DNA from: Lama guanicoe
Taxonomy: Eukaryota
Assembly: GCA_013239625.1 (NCBI GenBank)
Contig: MU054338.1
Coordinates: 5,246,724-5,310,723, forward strand
Direction of reading: 5' to 3'
DNA: 64,000 nt
In this document: positions 15,173 to 29,500 of the stretch, piece after piece
Layout of the letters: each line of letters starts with the position of its first letter
Numbering within the stretch: position 1 is the stretch's first letter
Program-made: the position numbers and the translations under genes
Notes under the pieces: model-generated
Databases searched by the model: none
What the model saw: the letters and a program-made list of their open reading frames with translations, nothing else
Told to the model about the DNA's origin: nothing

Positions 15173-16607
15173 TCACACTGCAGAATATTGAGGCAACACT
15201 TATGACCACAACTGTACCAAGACATTTTTCTTTTCAACACTACAAGTTCAACTTATGTCCACACATAAACCTGCACTTGGAATGTTTATAGCAGTTTTAT
15301 TCATAACTGCCCCCAAACTGGAAGCAGCCAAGATGCCCTTCAGCAGGCGAATGGAAAGACACACTCCTATCGTCTGGTACGTGCACACTGCGGAGTCTTA
15401 TTCGGTGCCAAAAAGAAATGAGCTAGAAAGCCACAAGGACATGTAGGAGTCTTAACTGCACACCGTCAAGTGAGAGAAGAGTTTGAAAGGCTACATACTA
15501 TACGGTCTCTGAAGTCTATGAAAACAAACACAAAACAACTCCAAGTTCAGCCACTTCCACTTATGAGGAGGGCCTCAAAGGAACGAACCCACATGCAACT
15601 GTAGCACAACTCAAGCCCCCAGAGAAAGCCTATGGACTGTCCCTCGAGACTGTTCCAAAGACCTCTGAGTGCTTCACTCGTCCCCATGGGCACTACTGAC
15701 GCAGCTGCAGGTCGAGGAGCCTGCGCCGCGGGCCTGAGCGCCCAGCCCAGACCACCCAGACAGTGGTTCCTTACACCCCTTTATTCCCAAGGCACAGCAA
15801 CTGAGCCAAGAAAGAAGTTAAGATTCTCTACCAGGAGAGGAACTTGGTCTTCAAAGCTTGCAGGCTTTGGAATACCTTTGCCACTTGCACAAATCTTTAC
15901 CTTCAGTGACAAACATCAGAGCACAGAAATGACTTCAGAGTAGAGTTGGATCAAGACCCCTCTTCTGAAAGCACCTCTCGCTCTAGATTTTGTTCACAAG
16001 CACTGCTGTGCGGCTGCCTAGTCCAAGATGTCCCATGCCCCCGCCTCTAGATAAGCAGGCACCCTGTAGGGCCAAAATGTCATCACTGAGAAAAAGGCCC
16101 CACTGCCCACCCAGCCTAAGGTCTCAAGGGGCAGCCCACCCCCTTCCTCTAGATTCCTACTGCCTGGCTCTGATTTTATGCTTGAAAACCCAGTGCTCAG
16201 TATCAAGAGCATTTAGCCTCCTTTCAAAATAGCCTTGCCAGCAGTTGTATAAAAACCTGAGCACACCCCCTGCACAGGATCTCCCACCTGCCCCTGAGTC
16301 AACGCAGAGAGAGGAATTACGTCTGGTTTCCTGTTTCCTGGAGGAGACCTCCGGCTCTTTGCTCCTGTGCACACCCTCACTTGCCAGACCAGACACAGCA
16401 GGCACAAGTAGCCCAACCTCTAACTATTTCTTTCTTTGAAAATGTTCTGTGCTCCCTGCTCTTTATAAAACAGTTCAGCATCAAAAGCCAAGTAAGAAAA
16501 GACTGGAAAGTTAGGCTTCACAAAGTTAAAAACTCCCAGATGGCACAAGGCGTCACAGACAAGCAGCAAGACTAGGGACAAACACGTGCTCCCTAACACA
16601 TGACTTA

Positions 16608-16825
16608 GATCAGGGGTTCTCACCCTGGGCGATTCTGCCCCCAGGGGCCCCGGGCAGTGTCTGGAGACATTTTTGGTTATCGAGACTGGGGGTGGTGGAG
16701 TGCCACTGGCATCTTGTGGGCAGAGGCTAAGGATGCTGTTAAACACTCCACAAGGCACAGGACAGCCCCACTACCAAGAATCATCCAGCCCAAAGTGTCA
16801 ATACTACCAAGACTGAGAAAACTTG
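16608..16825. mobile_element. MER20-like hAT DNA transposon
   Basis: ggagacatttttggtt...ggcatc...gaggctaaggatgctg...aaagtgtcaata pattern; similar copies at ~25075-25295, 37430-37600 and 54148-54365. Confidence 0.7.
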
Positions 16826-17704
16826 ATTCAGGGCATCTACAAATTAACAGGGAAAAAGCAACATGTCACTAACAGAGAAGTGGACAAAGGATCTGAGTAA
16901 CAACTAACAGATGCTGGCAATTCAAACAGCTAATAAGCCATGAAAAGCAGCTCAAGTTCATGAAGAAAATGCAAAGTAAAAAGAGATGCTACCTTCTGTC
17001 AGTAAGATGGAACTCAGTCCAGTGGAATAGTTACACTGGATACAGCCCAGTGCAAGTAAGGATAAGGGGGGAAGAAACACCCTCACACACCACTGATGTG
17101 AGTGTGACATGGCAGGGCCTAGAGAAATGTTTAACGTAAATTTGACCCTCTGACTCAGAGCTGTAGGAAACTGTTCTACAGAAATAATCATGAGTGCAGG
17201 GAAATACATGAAAGGAACACACAACCCCATGGCTGGTAAAACTGAAACGCTGGACACAACCTAAAGATGGCTAAATAAATAGCAATTTTCAGTAGAAAGC
17301 ATGGCACTAATGGGTTTCATCATGAAAAGCTCCACAAATCTGCTGAACAGCTTGTGGCCATGAGACTTTAAGCTAGATTAGCTCAAAAACAAATGAACAA
17401 ACAGAAACATCTGCTGAAGCCTGAACCAAAGTACAAAGGTAACTGTGAAAAATTGAAATGCACACTGAAGTTTGCTCAAAATGTGATTCAAACATTTTTC
17501 TTCTTCCTTCCTCTTTTTTGCCCTTTATCCCTCTCTCTCTTCACCCTTGTTCTGAGTTAGGCATCTACTATTCTGCCTTCTCCCTCACCCTGCTTTCATG
17601 GATGATCAATGGGGCAGTAATGACCCCATTCTCATTATCCAGAGGTGGAGGGTCAGGGTGGGAGTGTCCTTATGCCTGGTAAAAAGTTAGTTTTCTAAAA
17701 AAAA

Positions 17705-17935
17705 CCAGTGGTTGGCAAACCATTGCCTGCGGGCCAAACTGTTTGGCCTGTCACCTATTTTTATAAATAAAGTTTTATTGGCACACAGCTACTCTCATTT
17801 GTTTATGTATTGCCCATGGCTGCTTTTGCACTACAGTGACAGAGTTGAGTAGTTGTGACTGAGACCATATGGTCCACAAAGCTGAAAATATTTACCATCT
17901 GGCTCTTTACAGAAAAACTGTGCCGACCTCTGTTC
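17705..17935. mobile_element. MER58-like hAT element
   Basis: ggttggcaaac...aataaagttttattgg...tggctctttacagaaaaa; similar copies at ~31218-31685, 57862-58050 and 59020-59240. Confidence 0.7.
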
Positions 17936-17944
17936 TAAAACGTA

Positions 17945-19220
17945 AAAATAGAAAAATTTCTAGGAGAAAGTCTTTGTGATACTAGGTGAGGCAAAGATTT
18001 CTTAGATGCCATATCAAAGGCACATCCATTTAAAAGAAACTGACAAACTGGATATCATCACAATTTAAAACCTCTGCTCTTGAAAAAGACATTGCTAGGA
18101 AAATCACAATCCACAGACCAGAAAATATTTGCATTATCACACATCTGAAAAAGGACTTGTTTCCAGAACATATTTTTTTTAAAAACTCTCAAAACTTAAC
18201 AATAAGGAAACAAACAACCCAGTTTTAAAAAAGGTAAAAGATGTGAACAGACCCTAAGCCAAGGAAGAGATATGGATGGCAAATAAACACATGAAAAGAT
18301 GCTCAACATCAGTTAACAGGGAAATGAAAATTTAAAATGGAATACTACTCAGCCATAAAAACCGACAACATAATGCCATTTGCAGCAACATGGATGCTCC
18401 TGGAGAATGTCATTCTAAGTGAAGTAAGCCAGAAAGAGAAAGAAAAATACCATATGAGATCGCTCATATGTGAAATCTAAAAAACAAAAACAAACAAACA
18501 AACAAAAACAAAGCATAAATACAGGACAGAAAAAGACTCACAGAGAATACAGATTTGTGGTTACCAGGGGGGTAGAGGGTGGGAAGGGATAGACTGGGAT
18601 TTCAAAACTGTAGAATAGATAAACAAGATTACAATGTATAGCACAGGGAAATATACACAAAATGTTATGATAAATCACAGAGGAAAAAAATGTGACAATG
18701 AGTGTGTATATGTCCATGAATGACTGAAAAATTGTGCTAAACACTGGAATTTGACACAACATTGTAAAATGATTATAAATCAATAAAAAATGTTAAAAAA
18801 AACCACATCAAAATATCCATTTAGACCCATTTAGGACATCTAAAACAAAAACAAAAGCAAGCAAACAATGACAAGAAAACAGAAAACAGACAATATCAAC
18901 CTTTGATGATCAATAAAAAGGTACTATTATTCACACAACTTGTATGAATCTCAAATACTGAATGAAAGAAGCCAAACTCAAAGGATACATACTACATGAT
19001 TCCATTCTGGAAAAGGCAAAACCATAGGGACAACTCAGTAGTTGCCAGGAGCAGGGGAAGAGTTGACAGGACATGGGGAGCATGAGGAAACATTTTTGTT
19101 TCCTGGGTGGTAAAATTTTCTGGTATCTGGATCTTGATGGTGGTCACAAGACTCTATTCACTTGTCAAAACCCAAAGAACTCCACATCAAAAAGAGTGAA
19201 TTAAAAGATAATTTTAAAAG
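17945..19220 (+). mobile_element. Old L1 fragment interrupted by a younger L1 3' end (~18336-18802)
   Basis: ORF2-end motif tggaatactactcagccataaaa...gcagcaacatggatg and poly(A), inserted at tttaaaa|ccac of the older L1. Confidence 0.75.
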
Positions 19221-22200
19221 ACTTAACAGATGAAACTTCTGCATTACAGCCTTGTTTCTTGGCTAGGCTGAGCAGTCCCCTGCAGGCCCCATTCTTGGTC
19301 AACCGGCAACAACAAAGAACTCAAACCCCAAGAGCACAGTTTCTCGGTGCTTCGGTGCTGTCCAGGTCTCTTCCCCTGACATTTCCACATCTGCATATCG
19401 AATCCAGGGCCCAACCAGCCCCGTCCCCAAAAGCACCAACCACAACCAGGCGTTGGGTCTCTGCCTGTCCATCACTGACTCCCAAGTCGTGGCCACCTCT
19501 GACCCTCTGTCTCTCAGGCCACCAGGCCCCGTCTCCTCTCACTCAGCATGTCTCTCCATGTGGCAGCCTGTGGACTCCTCCAGGTCACCATGCTCAGCCC
19601 CATCAAGCCGGATCCTCCACTCCGGCTCTCCTTGTCAGTGAGGTCACCACCTGCTGAGGCTCAGAGGTTACAGGACTTTGCTCAGGGGCAGTCATCACAC
19701 TGTTAATAAGTGGCAGGGCCAGCCCTCGAGCTGTCACTACAGAGCGGTTTCCCAAGGATGGAGCCTGATGGCCCCTGCTCGTCCCCTCATTACGTCCCTC
19801 ACTCGAGCTCCCTGAGGCATGCTGCAGACCTTCATATTTCTGTGCCTTTGATCCGGCTGCCCGTTTGGCAGGCTCACCAGCCTCTCCATCACCTCCTCAC
19901 TGATCTTTAAAGTGTGTCCCGGGACACAAGGTTGCTCTAGTTCTCAGTGCTCGCCACCACCGATGTGAACCTGTGTTACTACACCAGTCACTCTAACTTG
20001 TAATTGTTAGCTTTTCACCCACGTCACCAGCCAAAGCCTGGAGGGCCAAGGCTACAGCACTATTGCTAAGGGTCCCCAGGCAAACCTAGGGAACCTGGCA
20101 AACTGTAGGTACATCACACAGGTACACTGAGGAGAAGGGGACAGACACTGGATCTCAGGCTCACCTGGGAATCGTGTGTACTTGGTGCATTCTTTTACGT
20201 TAAAGAAGGGCTGTCAGAAATTGTACTGAGAGTCTATTAACTTTTTTAGGATCATCCTGTCCCATCTCAACCCACAGGATCAAAGTCAACTGCAGGGAGC
20301 AAAAAGGGAAACTTAGTTTAGGAAAGCAATTCCTGCTGATTTGGAAATGTTTCTTGGTAAGGGATGTATCATGGAGAAGTCCTGTTTGGATGATCTCTGA
20401 GGGTTTTCAGCCCCATAGCACTATTTTAAACAATCCTGGTTGTCTGTATGACTTCAGTGATGCTGTTCACATCAGGAGCGTACCTGCTACGTATATAGGC
20501 AACAGATATATCCATATATATAAATGACATAAAAACATATGTAGGTGATACATACGTAAAGCAGCAACACTGGTTTCCATCAGGCACCCATGAGAGTCTG
20601 TCTCATTTTATAGCCACAGAGCAGGCTTTCTAAACTACTTGGGCCAGAACAAAACTAGAATAGTCAAACATCCTCAGGCTCAGCCCTGACACTTCACACA
20701 TCATATGACGAGGCTTGGACTCAATTATTTCTAAGGTCCTTTCTAGACATAAAGTCCTGAGTTCTTTAAGGTAAAAAAAAAAAATCTCAGGAACGTAAGG
20801 TCACCTAGGAAACACTCTGGTGCCAGAAAAAAAAAACTAAAGGCACCACCTGACCCAATTAGAACTGCCACGCAAGGGGAAGGCTCACTCAGATCGACTT
20901 GGTCTACGTTTCCTTACTCATTCTTCCCATAGGCCACAGCAGGCGTTGGGGGAGCTGCCCGGATTTGGCAGCTCCGTCTAAGTCACAGCAATTCCATACC
21001 CACCAGGCCAAGGAGCCCAGGGGAGAAGCAGAGCACGTGCAGATCAGTGCATCCCAGGGTCTGGCCCAGTCAAAGTGCTCCACAGGCCCCAAGGAGGCTT
21101 GATTAGATCCACAGCCCTGCTAAGGCTTCTTTCTGGTTTGTCAAGACCCCTCCAGGACTCTCACAGAGAGCAGCAGAGCAACAGGGTACGGCACGGGCTT
21201 TGACAGAGCTGAGCTCCACTGTTAACCCTACTGCTCATCAGCCGAGCAACAGTGGGTGCATCACTTCAGCTTCCTTGTCTGCAAACTGGGGTGGTATCAC
21301 CTGCTTCACCAGCCCCCAGCAGTTCCTGACACTTGGTAAGCTATCCCTTCATCGCTCACCTCCAGGTCCATTAAGGAACACTTTCAACCCTTTCCCCTTG
21401 GGGCCCTGGAAACCACCCACACTTCTGATGCCATTTCTAATGGACCCCAGTTTCATGGAAGCCAGTGTGGTTTCACCAGCCAGGGCTCATGCTCACAGCA
21501 CCCCATGGAATGTGGAAGATCCTGCTGGTAGTCAGCGCTCACTCACCAATCACAAAGAGAACCTTGAACGAATCAGCAGGCCTACTAATCTCTTTACCAG
21601 AGACATGAACCTTATTCCAGTCCTGCCCTCTTACTCTTACTTTACTGACAAAATCCAGGTGAGAGTCTGTCTCCCTGAGCGGCCGGTCTCCAGCTGCAAG
21701 CACCCTCATCTCCTCCCCTCCTGCCCTAGACCCCTCTTCATACCTCCTCCTCCCCCTGAATCACTGCATTTGGTGGCGCACACACTTTTCCCCCAGGCCA
21801 GCTCTCTCCATCCCCCAAAGCAAAGTGAGCACCAAGTTCTGCCAGTTTTACATCTGAGACACCTCGCTTCCCCCACCTCTCTGCCATCGTCCGCATTCAG
21901 GTCCCTGTCACCTTCTGCCTAGAATGACTCCTAACTGCTCTCCTCACATGGTTATTTCAAACTGAGCGTCTCTAAGCCCAATTTGGTCTTCTCCCTCCAA
22001 ATCACTCCTGTTCCTTCTGTCTCCCCATTTCTGTTCATAGTGTCTTCAGTCTAGCCATTGGGTTGTTCTGGACTGTTCCTTCTGTAAATCTTTCCTCTGA
22101 CATGAATGCCTCTTTGATGGATGGCTGGATCCAGTCACTTCTGAGCTCCTTGCTAACCCTTCCCTCCCCCAGCACACACGGAGTGCACCCGGTGCCAGGC

Positions 22201-25200
22201 ACGAGCAAGGCAGTGGGCATGTAGATAAAGAAGCTGTCCTAGTCCTGAGACTCAAGTTCAGGCCATTCCGGGCCATCTCAGGGCTGCAAAAGCCTCCTGA
22301 CTACTCTGCTCACCCCTATTTCTCACTCAGAAAAGCAAGCTTCCCAGCTCACCTCTCAACTGTGTCCAGAAAGCCTCTACCACCTGACCCTGGCAGGCTT
22401 TTCTAGATTCATCTCCAAGTTCACCTTCTTGACCCTCTGCCTGCCCAAACCGGTCCCCTCAGGCTTCCAGACCTCACTGTGCCTGCCTCCTCTCTTACTG
22501 ACTCAGGCTGCTGGCTGCACACGGAAACTGCTGTCCATGCTTCCCTGATTACAACAACCAGTTTGGACACCAGTTCTTTCATCAAAAACCAACCCAAACA
22601 ATGGACAATCATTTCTCTTAATACTCTCAAGGCTGTCACTCCCCACTGCTTCATCCTTTTATTACTTAATCTCACCCATCTGTGTGTTTTCTCCCCAGTT
22701 CAGGTTGTGAACTCCTCTGGGAGGCAGTTTCTTTCACTTATCCCTGTTTCCCGCAACAAGGAACAAGTGGTCACGTTTCACGTGTCCAATCTTTAAGTGA
22801 CTGCTGATTGGCCAGGGCACTGAGGCTCTGGGTTGAGTGAAAATGGACAGTGATCAGATAAGCGAGTCCTGCCAACACATACTGACAGACACTGACTTCT
22901 GGCACCCACCCACTTCCTGTCTGTATATCCATGACATGCATTCTACTCAAGTGATGTGCTTTTTTTGGGTCTACGTTCACATTCTAAATGGTCCTTCTCC
23001 TGCCTTCTCTTTCTTAGTGACCATTATTCACCTACCAGGCTCAGGCAGGGACCCAGAAGCATCCACCGCTGTTCTCTCTTGCTCACATCCCACAACTAAA
23101 TACCCAGAGTCCTATGTCCTCTACCCTCTAACCACGTCTCAAACCCATCCCCTCTCTTTCCTGACCACTACAGCCTGGGTTATAGTCGCGACTTTTCTTA
23201 TTTGCAGGAAAATAATCACCTCCAAAATGGTCTGCTGGCCTTTAGCAATACTGCCTCCAACTCTTCCTCCTCTGTGCAGACCTGACTCCTTCACCCTGTG
23301 AACTGAAACTGCCCAAAAGCCACTCTTGGCCTGGCCTCTAGGACAACATCCAAGCCCTCTGCACACAAGCTACATGAGTCCTCTCGTCACCACTCATGTC
23401 ACCTTTCTTACCTCTGAAATACCAGACCCCACATGGTTCCCTGAACCACAGTGTAACCACCTCCATGCCTTTGCTGTGCTGTTCCTGCACCCAACAAAGC
23501 CCTTCCCCACAGTCTTGGTCTGGCTAACTCCTCCCCACCCCTCACATTCACCTCCTCCAGGAAACATTCTGTGATCTCCTCTGCCCACCAAGGCTAGGTT
23601 AATAGCTTCCTTTTCTGTACTTCCACACCAGCCAGTGCATATAACCACCACCAGACTCAACAGAGTAGGCTAAAAGGATCTATGCCCACACTACAATCGC
23701 CAGTGCCTCCCCAGTCTAGCACAGGGCGTGGGACACAGCAGCGGGGCAGAGAGAGTTGGCAAAAGGAGGGAAGCAAGGCTAACTTCCCTTCGGTAGGCTG
23801 GTTTCCTCTGGTCTTCCCCCGACCTAGTCTCAGGTCAGCCTCGCCGCTTCACTACTGCCATCTACGGGCGAAAAGAGCTAACTGCACTTCTCTGGCCATT
23901 CAGCATTAATTTGATTCAACTGAATGAGATGGGGACACAAACGATGGAACAGCTGATTCCAGTGTGGGTAGACAGAATAAGAGTGGCAGCTAGGGGAGGC
24001 TTCAAATGGTGAGTGAGCTCTGACCTGGGCCACAGAGCATGAGGAAGAGATCTCTAGGTGGAGGAGAACAGCCCTCAGGCAGTGGAGGCAACAGGCAGAG
24101 AGGGTTGGCATTTAGGGCCTATGATCAGGTGAAATGAGAAACGAAGCGAGGGTCAGAACGTGCATGACTTGGGATCCCAAACTTTAGCTTTTAAGCGACC
24201 TAAAGAGGTTTAAAAAATTAATTTTTTTACATCCAAAGACACTTAACTGAGAGTAATATAATCAGATCTGCATTTAAAAACACAACTCTTGCTGGAGTGT
24301 GGAAAGATGATAGAGGTGGGAAGTGGGAGGGAGTGAGGCAAAAGCAAGGCATTAGGAAGATGGTATTTTCCTAACTCTTCTCTCATTTTTCCACTTGCTG
24401 CCCCATCATCTCAGACTCAACACATCCAAACTGAAATTCTGCCTCTTCCAAACCAATGCTTCGACATAAACATGACTTATTTCCACATTTTGAGATGTTC
24501 ATCTATCTTGGTTTCTTCATGGACCTTGAAGTTGCAAAATTTTCTAACAGATTCCAGCACAGCGCTCTGGAACAGAAGATGCTCAATGGTAACTGAAAGG
24601 AATGTCCCTGGACCCTGTGATTAGAAGAGCGGTAAAATCTGGTGGTTAAGAGTAAGGACGTTGGGTCAGAAGGCCTGAGTTCAAATCCTGCCTGCCATCA
24701 GCCACTTTTCTGTGTAAGACTGGTCACATTAAATGATCTATTGAAGTCTCGGTTTCACCCCTAAAGCTGAAATTATGATAGCACCTATCTCAGGGGCTGG
24801 AGATAAATGTCTGTGAGTGTAGAGCACGTAGTAAATCCTCACTAAATAGTGTCAACTATTTATAACTTATATCCAGTGACTACCAGGCACAGAACACGTG
24901 CGATGCTAAGGGTTTCCCACACCCTTCAGTCTGCACAGCAATATTCTCATCCATCCCATTTTACAGATAAGAGAACTGAGGCTCCTACTGTTGAGTTTGT
25001 TCAACCTCCTGGGAGCACTAGATTCAAAAGCATCGGAGATGGGGCCCAGGGAACTTTTAGGGAAAGATCATTTAGTCTACTGGTGGTTCTCACACACGTG
25101 TGTGAGATACTTCTAGCAATGCTTGAAGATGTTTTTCATCTTTACAACTGGGGAGCAAGGATGCTGCTGGCATCTAGTGAGAAGAGGCCAGGGTTACTGC

Positions 25201-26125
25201 TCAACATCTTCCAATAGAGAGGACAGCCCCACTCCTCCCCAAGCCAAGAATGATCAGACCGAAAATGTCAGTAGTGCCAAGGTTGAGAAACCCTTCTCTA
25301 GTGCATCCATCTCCCCATCATCCCACTTCTGGAGCAAGAGCTATCGGGATCCCACATGAATACTTTCCGCCAGGGGGGCTCTGGTCCTCCAAGGGAAGCG
25401 CCTGTAGAAGTTCTTCCCCACCAGTCCTGCACACAGGAGGTATTAGAGCCCATTTTAATAAGCAGAGCAGCAGAGGACACCGGAAAAGGAAGGGAGAGCA
25501 TCCATCCCCCATTGTTCAATTGCGTGCAGTTTGTGTTTTCAACACATACACATTTTACAAATCCAAACGTCCCACGCCCCAAAAAACAGCTTTGTTAGAG
25601 ATGGCATCCAAAAATATTTTTTTCTAGGGCTTTCATACATACTGAAGGGTTTGCACACTTCTAAAAGGACCTCAGATCGGCCGCGGTCCTCTGACAAGGA
25701 CCACAAAAGAATCTGTAGGATTTCCCGGGGAAGCGAGCCCGTGGGCCGTGACCTCTGCGCGCTGAAGGCACTCACCCCACTCCCTCGCCTCTGGCTTTGC
25801 TCTACCGCCCCCGGATACCCGGCCTGCAAGACTACCCGGGCCCGGCCGTGGATTCTGGCCACCAGGCGCGTGCCCACGCTGTGTCCCCTTCGCCTGGCCC
25901 TCGCGGCGGCCGAGGAATCCGGCCCGGGGCCTGTCGCCGGCGCCCACACCGGCCGGCCTCCGCCCGCTTGCCAAGGCCCGCGCGCGTCCCCTTCCCGGCC
26001 CGGCGCGGCCTGGGCCTCGGCCGGTGCAGGCCCGCGAGCGCCCGCGAGCGCCCGCGGCCCGGCCAGGAGAGCTTAGGCCTGCCGCGGCCTACCCCGTCGG
26101 ACGCCGCCGAAGGCTCCCGCCTCAC

Positions 26126-26295
26126 CTGGACGCGGGCGGGCGGGCCCGGGGCTGCTCCGGGGCGGGCGGGCGGCGGCGGCGCGGCGCTAACGGCTCCGCA
26201 CGGCCTCGGTAGCGGTGGCGGCAGCGGCGGCGACGGCGACGGCGGCGGCAGCTCCTCCTCAGCGCGCACGACCCGCTCCGGCCCGCGGCCCGGAC
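26126..26295 (-). other. ELAVL1: ELAVL1 non-coding exon 1 (5' UTR); TSS approximate
   Basis: GC-rich, GCC-repeat sequence in a CpG island ending in TCCAG|gtgagg at 26126; no ATG. Confidence 0.85.
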
Positions 26296-26460
26296 ACGCC
26301 CCCCCGGCGCACGCGCCCATTGGTCGGCGTCCGCCACGGCGCGCTTCTCATTGGCCGGCGTTGCTGTCGCGGCGCCCGGGGCCGCGCAGGGGAGGCGGGA
26401 CTTCCGGCTGGCGCCGCCTGCGAAGAGCTCGGCGGCAGGCTGAGACGCGGGTGGCTGGCG

Positions 26461-26596
26461 ATGGCCGCGGAGAGGGCCGCCTGGGGCCAGGCTTACGAAG
26501 GCAGACGGAAGGCGGTGGCCGAAGAGCCGCGCTCTTGCGGTGCGCATGCTGTGTGTCTCGCGCCCGCCTGTCCCGCCGCCATCACCACCCTGCAAG
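26461..26596 (+). pseudogene. Relic exon 1 (MAAERAAWGQAYEGRRKAVAEEPRSCGAHAVCLAPACPAAITTLQ, phase 1)
   Basis: gcgATGG Kozak context; donor CAAG|gtagga. Confidence 0.55.
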
Positions 26597-27914
26597 GTAG
26601 GAACGGTCAGCGCGCCAGAGCTGTGGGGACAGGACCCGGGTTCGAATCCCGGCCCCGACGTTTCCGCACTACGTGCCGTTGGGCAGAGGCTAACGTCACC
26701 TCGCGGGGCCTCAGTTTCCTTGTCTGGTGTAGTGAGGCGGGGGGGACGGGACGTGGTCAGTGTTCCATCTTTGTTGACTGTTAGTGCAGGCGGGTTCCCA
26801 GAGGCACAGCCGAACATCCATTCATTAAAATTTAATTAAGCTCCTACTGTGTGCCAGTCATTGTATGGGCAGCGAATAGGCGAAAACACCTGCCTGTTTG
26901 GCTGACATTCTAGACTGCCTCTGTCCAATACAAATATAAGCATATTTAAAATTTTACTGACAGCTGGTATTCTAGACCAGCACTGTCCGTGAGAAATAGA
27001 AGCGAACCACAAATGTTAAGTCACAGGCATAATTTAAAATTTCTAGTAGCCATGTTTTAAAAAAGTAAAAAGGAACAGGTGATGTTAATTTTTATGTTTT
27101 TTGAAACCCAGTTTGTGTCCAAACTGTTATTTCAGCATGTAACCCATATAAAAATTATGGGATGTTTTTACATTTTCCTTTTTTCTTTACTTTACATGCC
27201 TGTGAAATCTGGTATGTCTTTTATGCTTACAGCAGGTCTGAACTTGGACTGGCTGCATTCCAAGGGCTCAGCAGTCAGAGTTTCTGTGGCTACTGGACTG
27301 GGCTGTGTAGTGCTGGACGGAGAGGTAGAAAAGAAATCGAGCAGATTCTACCCCAAATGCTGAAAAAATGGTAAGATGAAAGTAGATTGGACATAGGGCA
27401 CAGGTGAGGAGGGTAGAGGTTTCAATTTGAAACGGGGGCTGTCAGGAAGGTTGAGAAGGTAGGATTTGCAGAAGGAGTCAAGATCACTGAACAAATAATC
27501 ATGTCATTTATTGTTTTGTGCAGTGTTTGTCCAATAGAACTTTCTGTGGCATCTTTTTAATAAGCAGTGTCTGATTTATTAGCCACTAGCTCCTTGTGGC
27601 TTTGGAGCACTTGACATATCGCTAGTGCCACTGAAGAACTGAGTTTTTAATATACTTAAATTAATGTTTCCTTAATGTAAATTTGGTCACCTAGAACTTG
27701 TGGCTCCCATAGTGTGCAGCACAGATTTAGTAGAATGGTGAGAAGTCCTGCACTCTGAATGGAGCTTGTACTGTGTGCTCAGTGCTGTCTGTGGATTCTG
27801 TGGAGTCCTCACAGACTCTGTAAGACGGGCGCTCTAATCATTGTCACCATGATGAATAATGACGTCTTTGATTCATTCGTCTATGCTTTGTGCTTGTTAT
27901 CATTAATATACTTT

Positions 27915-29230
27915 ATTCTTTTTTAGAAGAGTTTTAGACTTACAGAAATATTGCACAGAAAATACAGTTACTATTTTCTCTACACGCAGTTTTCCATCTT
28001 TATAACACCTTTCATTAGTACGATATATTTGTTTGGTCATTTGTATGATACAGTATCACTACATCACTGTCAACCACAGTTTATTTAATTTCCTTTGTTT
28101 TTACCTAATGTCTTTTTTCTCTTCCAGAATCCCATCCAGGATACCACATTTCATTCGTTGTTTCCCTTCTCTCTCTCTCTCTCTTTACCTCTCTCCCTCT
28201 CTCTAAAGAGAGACAATTGACATATACCATTGTATTAGTTTTACAACATAATGATTTGATATATGTATATGTTGCAAAATGATCACCACAGTAAGTTTGG
28301 TTAATAATTAACATCCATCACGGCACACAGTTGCATTTTTTTTCCTTGTGATGAGAACTTTTAAGATCTATTCTCTTAGTTGTCCTGTCTCTTTAAGCTC
28401 CTCTTGGCTGGGCAGGTTCTCAGACTTTCCTTGTTTTTGATGATCTTGATGGTTTTGAGAATGACTGGACAGATGTTTGGTAGCATGTCCCTCTGTTGAA
28501 ATTTGTCTGGTATTTTTCTCATGATAGTACCAGGATGATGGGTTTGAGGGAGGAGGACCGAAGAGGGAAAGTACCATTCTCATCACGCATATCAAGTGTA
28601 CGTACTATCAGCTTTATCTGCGCCTGTTGATATTGGCCTTCGTCACCTGAGTTATTATTTGTCAGGTTTCTCTACTATAATTTACTTTCCTCCCGCTTAC
28701 CTTTGGAAGGAAGTCACTATGTGCAGCCCACATCTAGAGTGGAGACATGTGTTCCCCTCCATATGGGTGGATAGCTACGTAAACTATTTGGAATTCTTCT
28801 GCATGAAAGACTTGAGTCTTCTTCCCCCATTTATTAGTTTATCTAATCATTTGATTATATCAATATGGCCTCCTGGATATTTATACTCTGGGTTATAACT
28901 CAGTACTGCTTTATTTATTTTGTGCTTAAATTGCTCCATCTTTGGCCACTGGGAGCCCTTTCAGTTGGTTCCTTTGGCCATTGACACGTTGTATTACACA
29001 ACATGTATGACAGATGTTTTGGTTTGGGTTTTTTGTTTATTTGTTTCCTTTGGAGCACTTCCTTATTTTCTGTTACTACAAGATGCTCCAGGCTCAATTT
29101 GTATATTTCCTGCCCTAGTCCTAGCATCAGCCATTTCTCCAAGCCTGGTTCTTTTTAGTAGAGAACAGTGTTAGAAACCAAGATCTGGGCACTCAGAGTG
29201 CTCGTTGCTACTGGGGTGTTGCTTCTTTTA
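27915..29230 (-). mobile_element. Composite old LINE-1 3' fragments (L1MC-like with a nested L1MA/MB-like piece)
   Basis: L1 3' UTR-like sequence; similar to the 6235-6875 copy. Confidence 0.65.
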
Positions 29231-29500
29231 GGTTATCAATACTTTGTAACCGCCCATAATGCAGCTGGTATAGATGCTCAGCCCTGGGGATACACCAGTG
29301 ACCAGATGTGGCAAGTGCCCTCGTGGAACTCACAGTCATCTTGGGAGAACAGGCTTAAGAGGGCAGCTCCAACACTGAATAGCTGTGCAACCTTGGGCAG
29401 GTTGTTTAATCTCTCTGAACTTCAGCCTCCCCTTCCATGAAATAGGGGTGAGCATAATACTTTATGAGGGCACTGTGAAAACTAAATGAAATCACCCACT

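Larger units (their letters stand above)
25680..26720. promoter_or_regulatory. CpG island and TATA-less, probably bidirectional promoter of ELAVL1
   Basis: Very high CpG density; CCAAT boxes (ATTGG 26319-26323, 26350-26354), GC box ~26391-26400, ETS/GABP core ACTTCCGG 26400-26407, NRF1-like TGCGCATGC 26541-26549. Confidence 0.9.

Noticed and set aside
21200..21922. 240-aa ORF in ELAVL1 intron 1
   Set aside because: TTG start within MIR/L2-like sequence; no domain or splice support
25531..26839. Many long overlapping ORFs at the ELAVL1 promoter
   Set aside because: Expected from CpG-island GC content; only the 26461-26596 segment has ATG plus donor support
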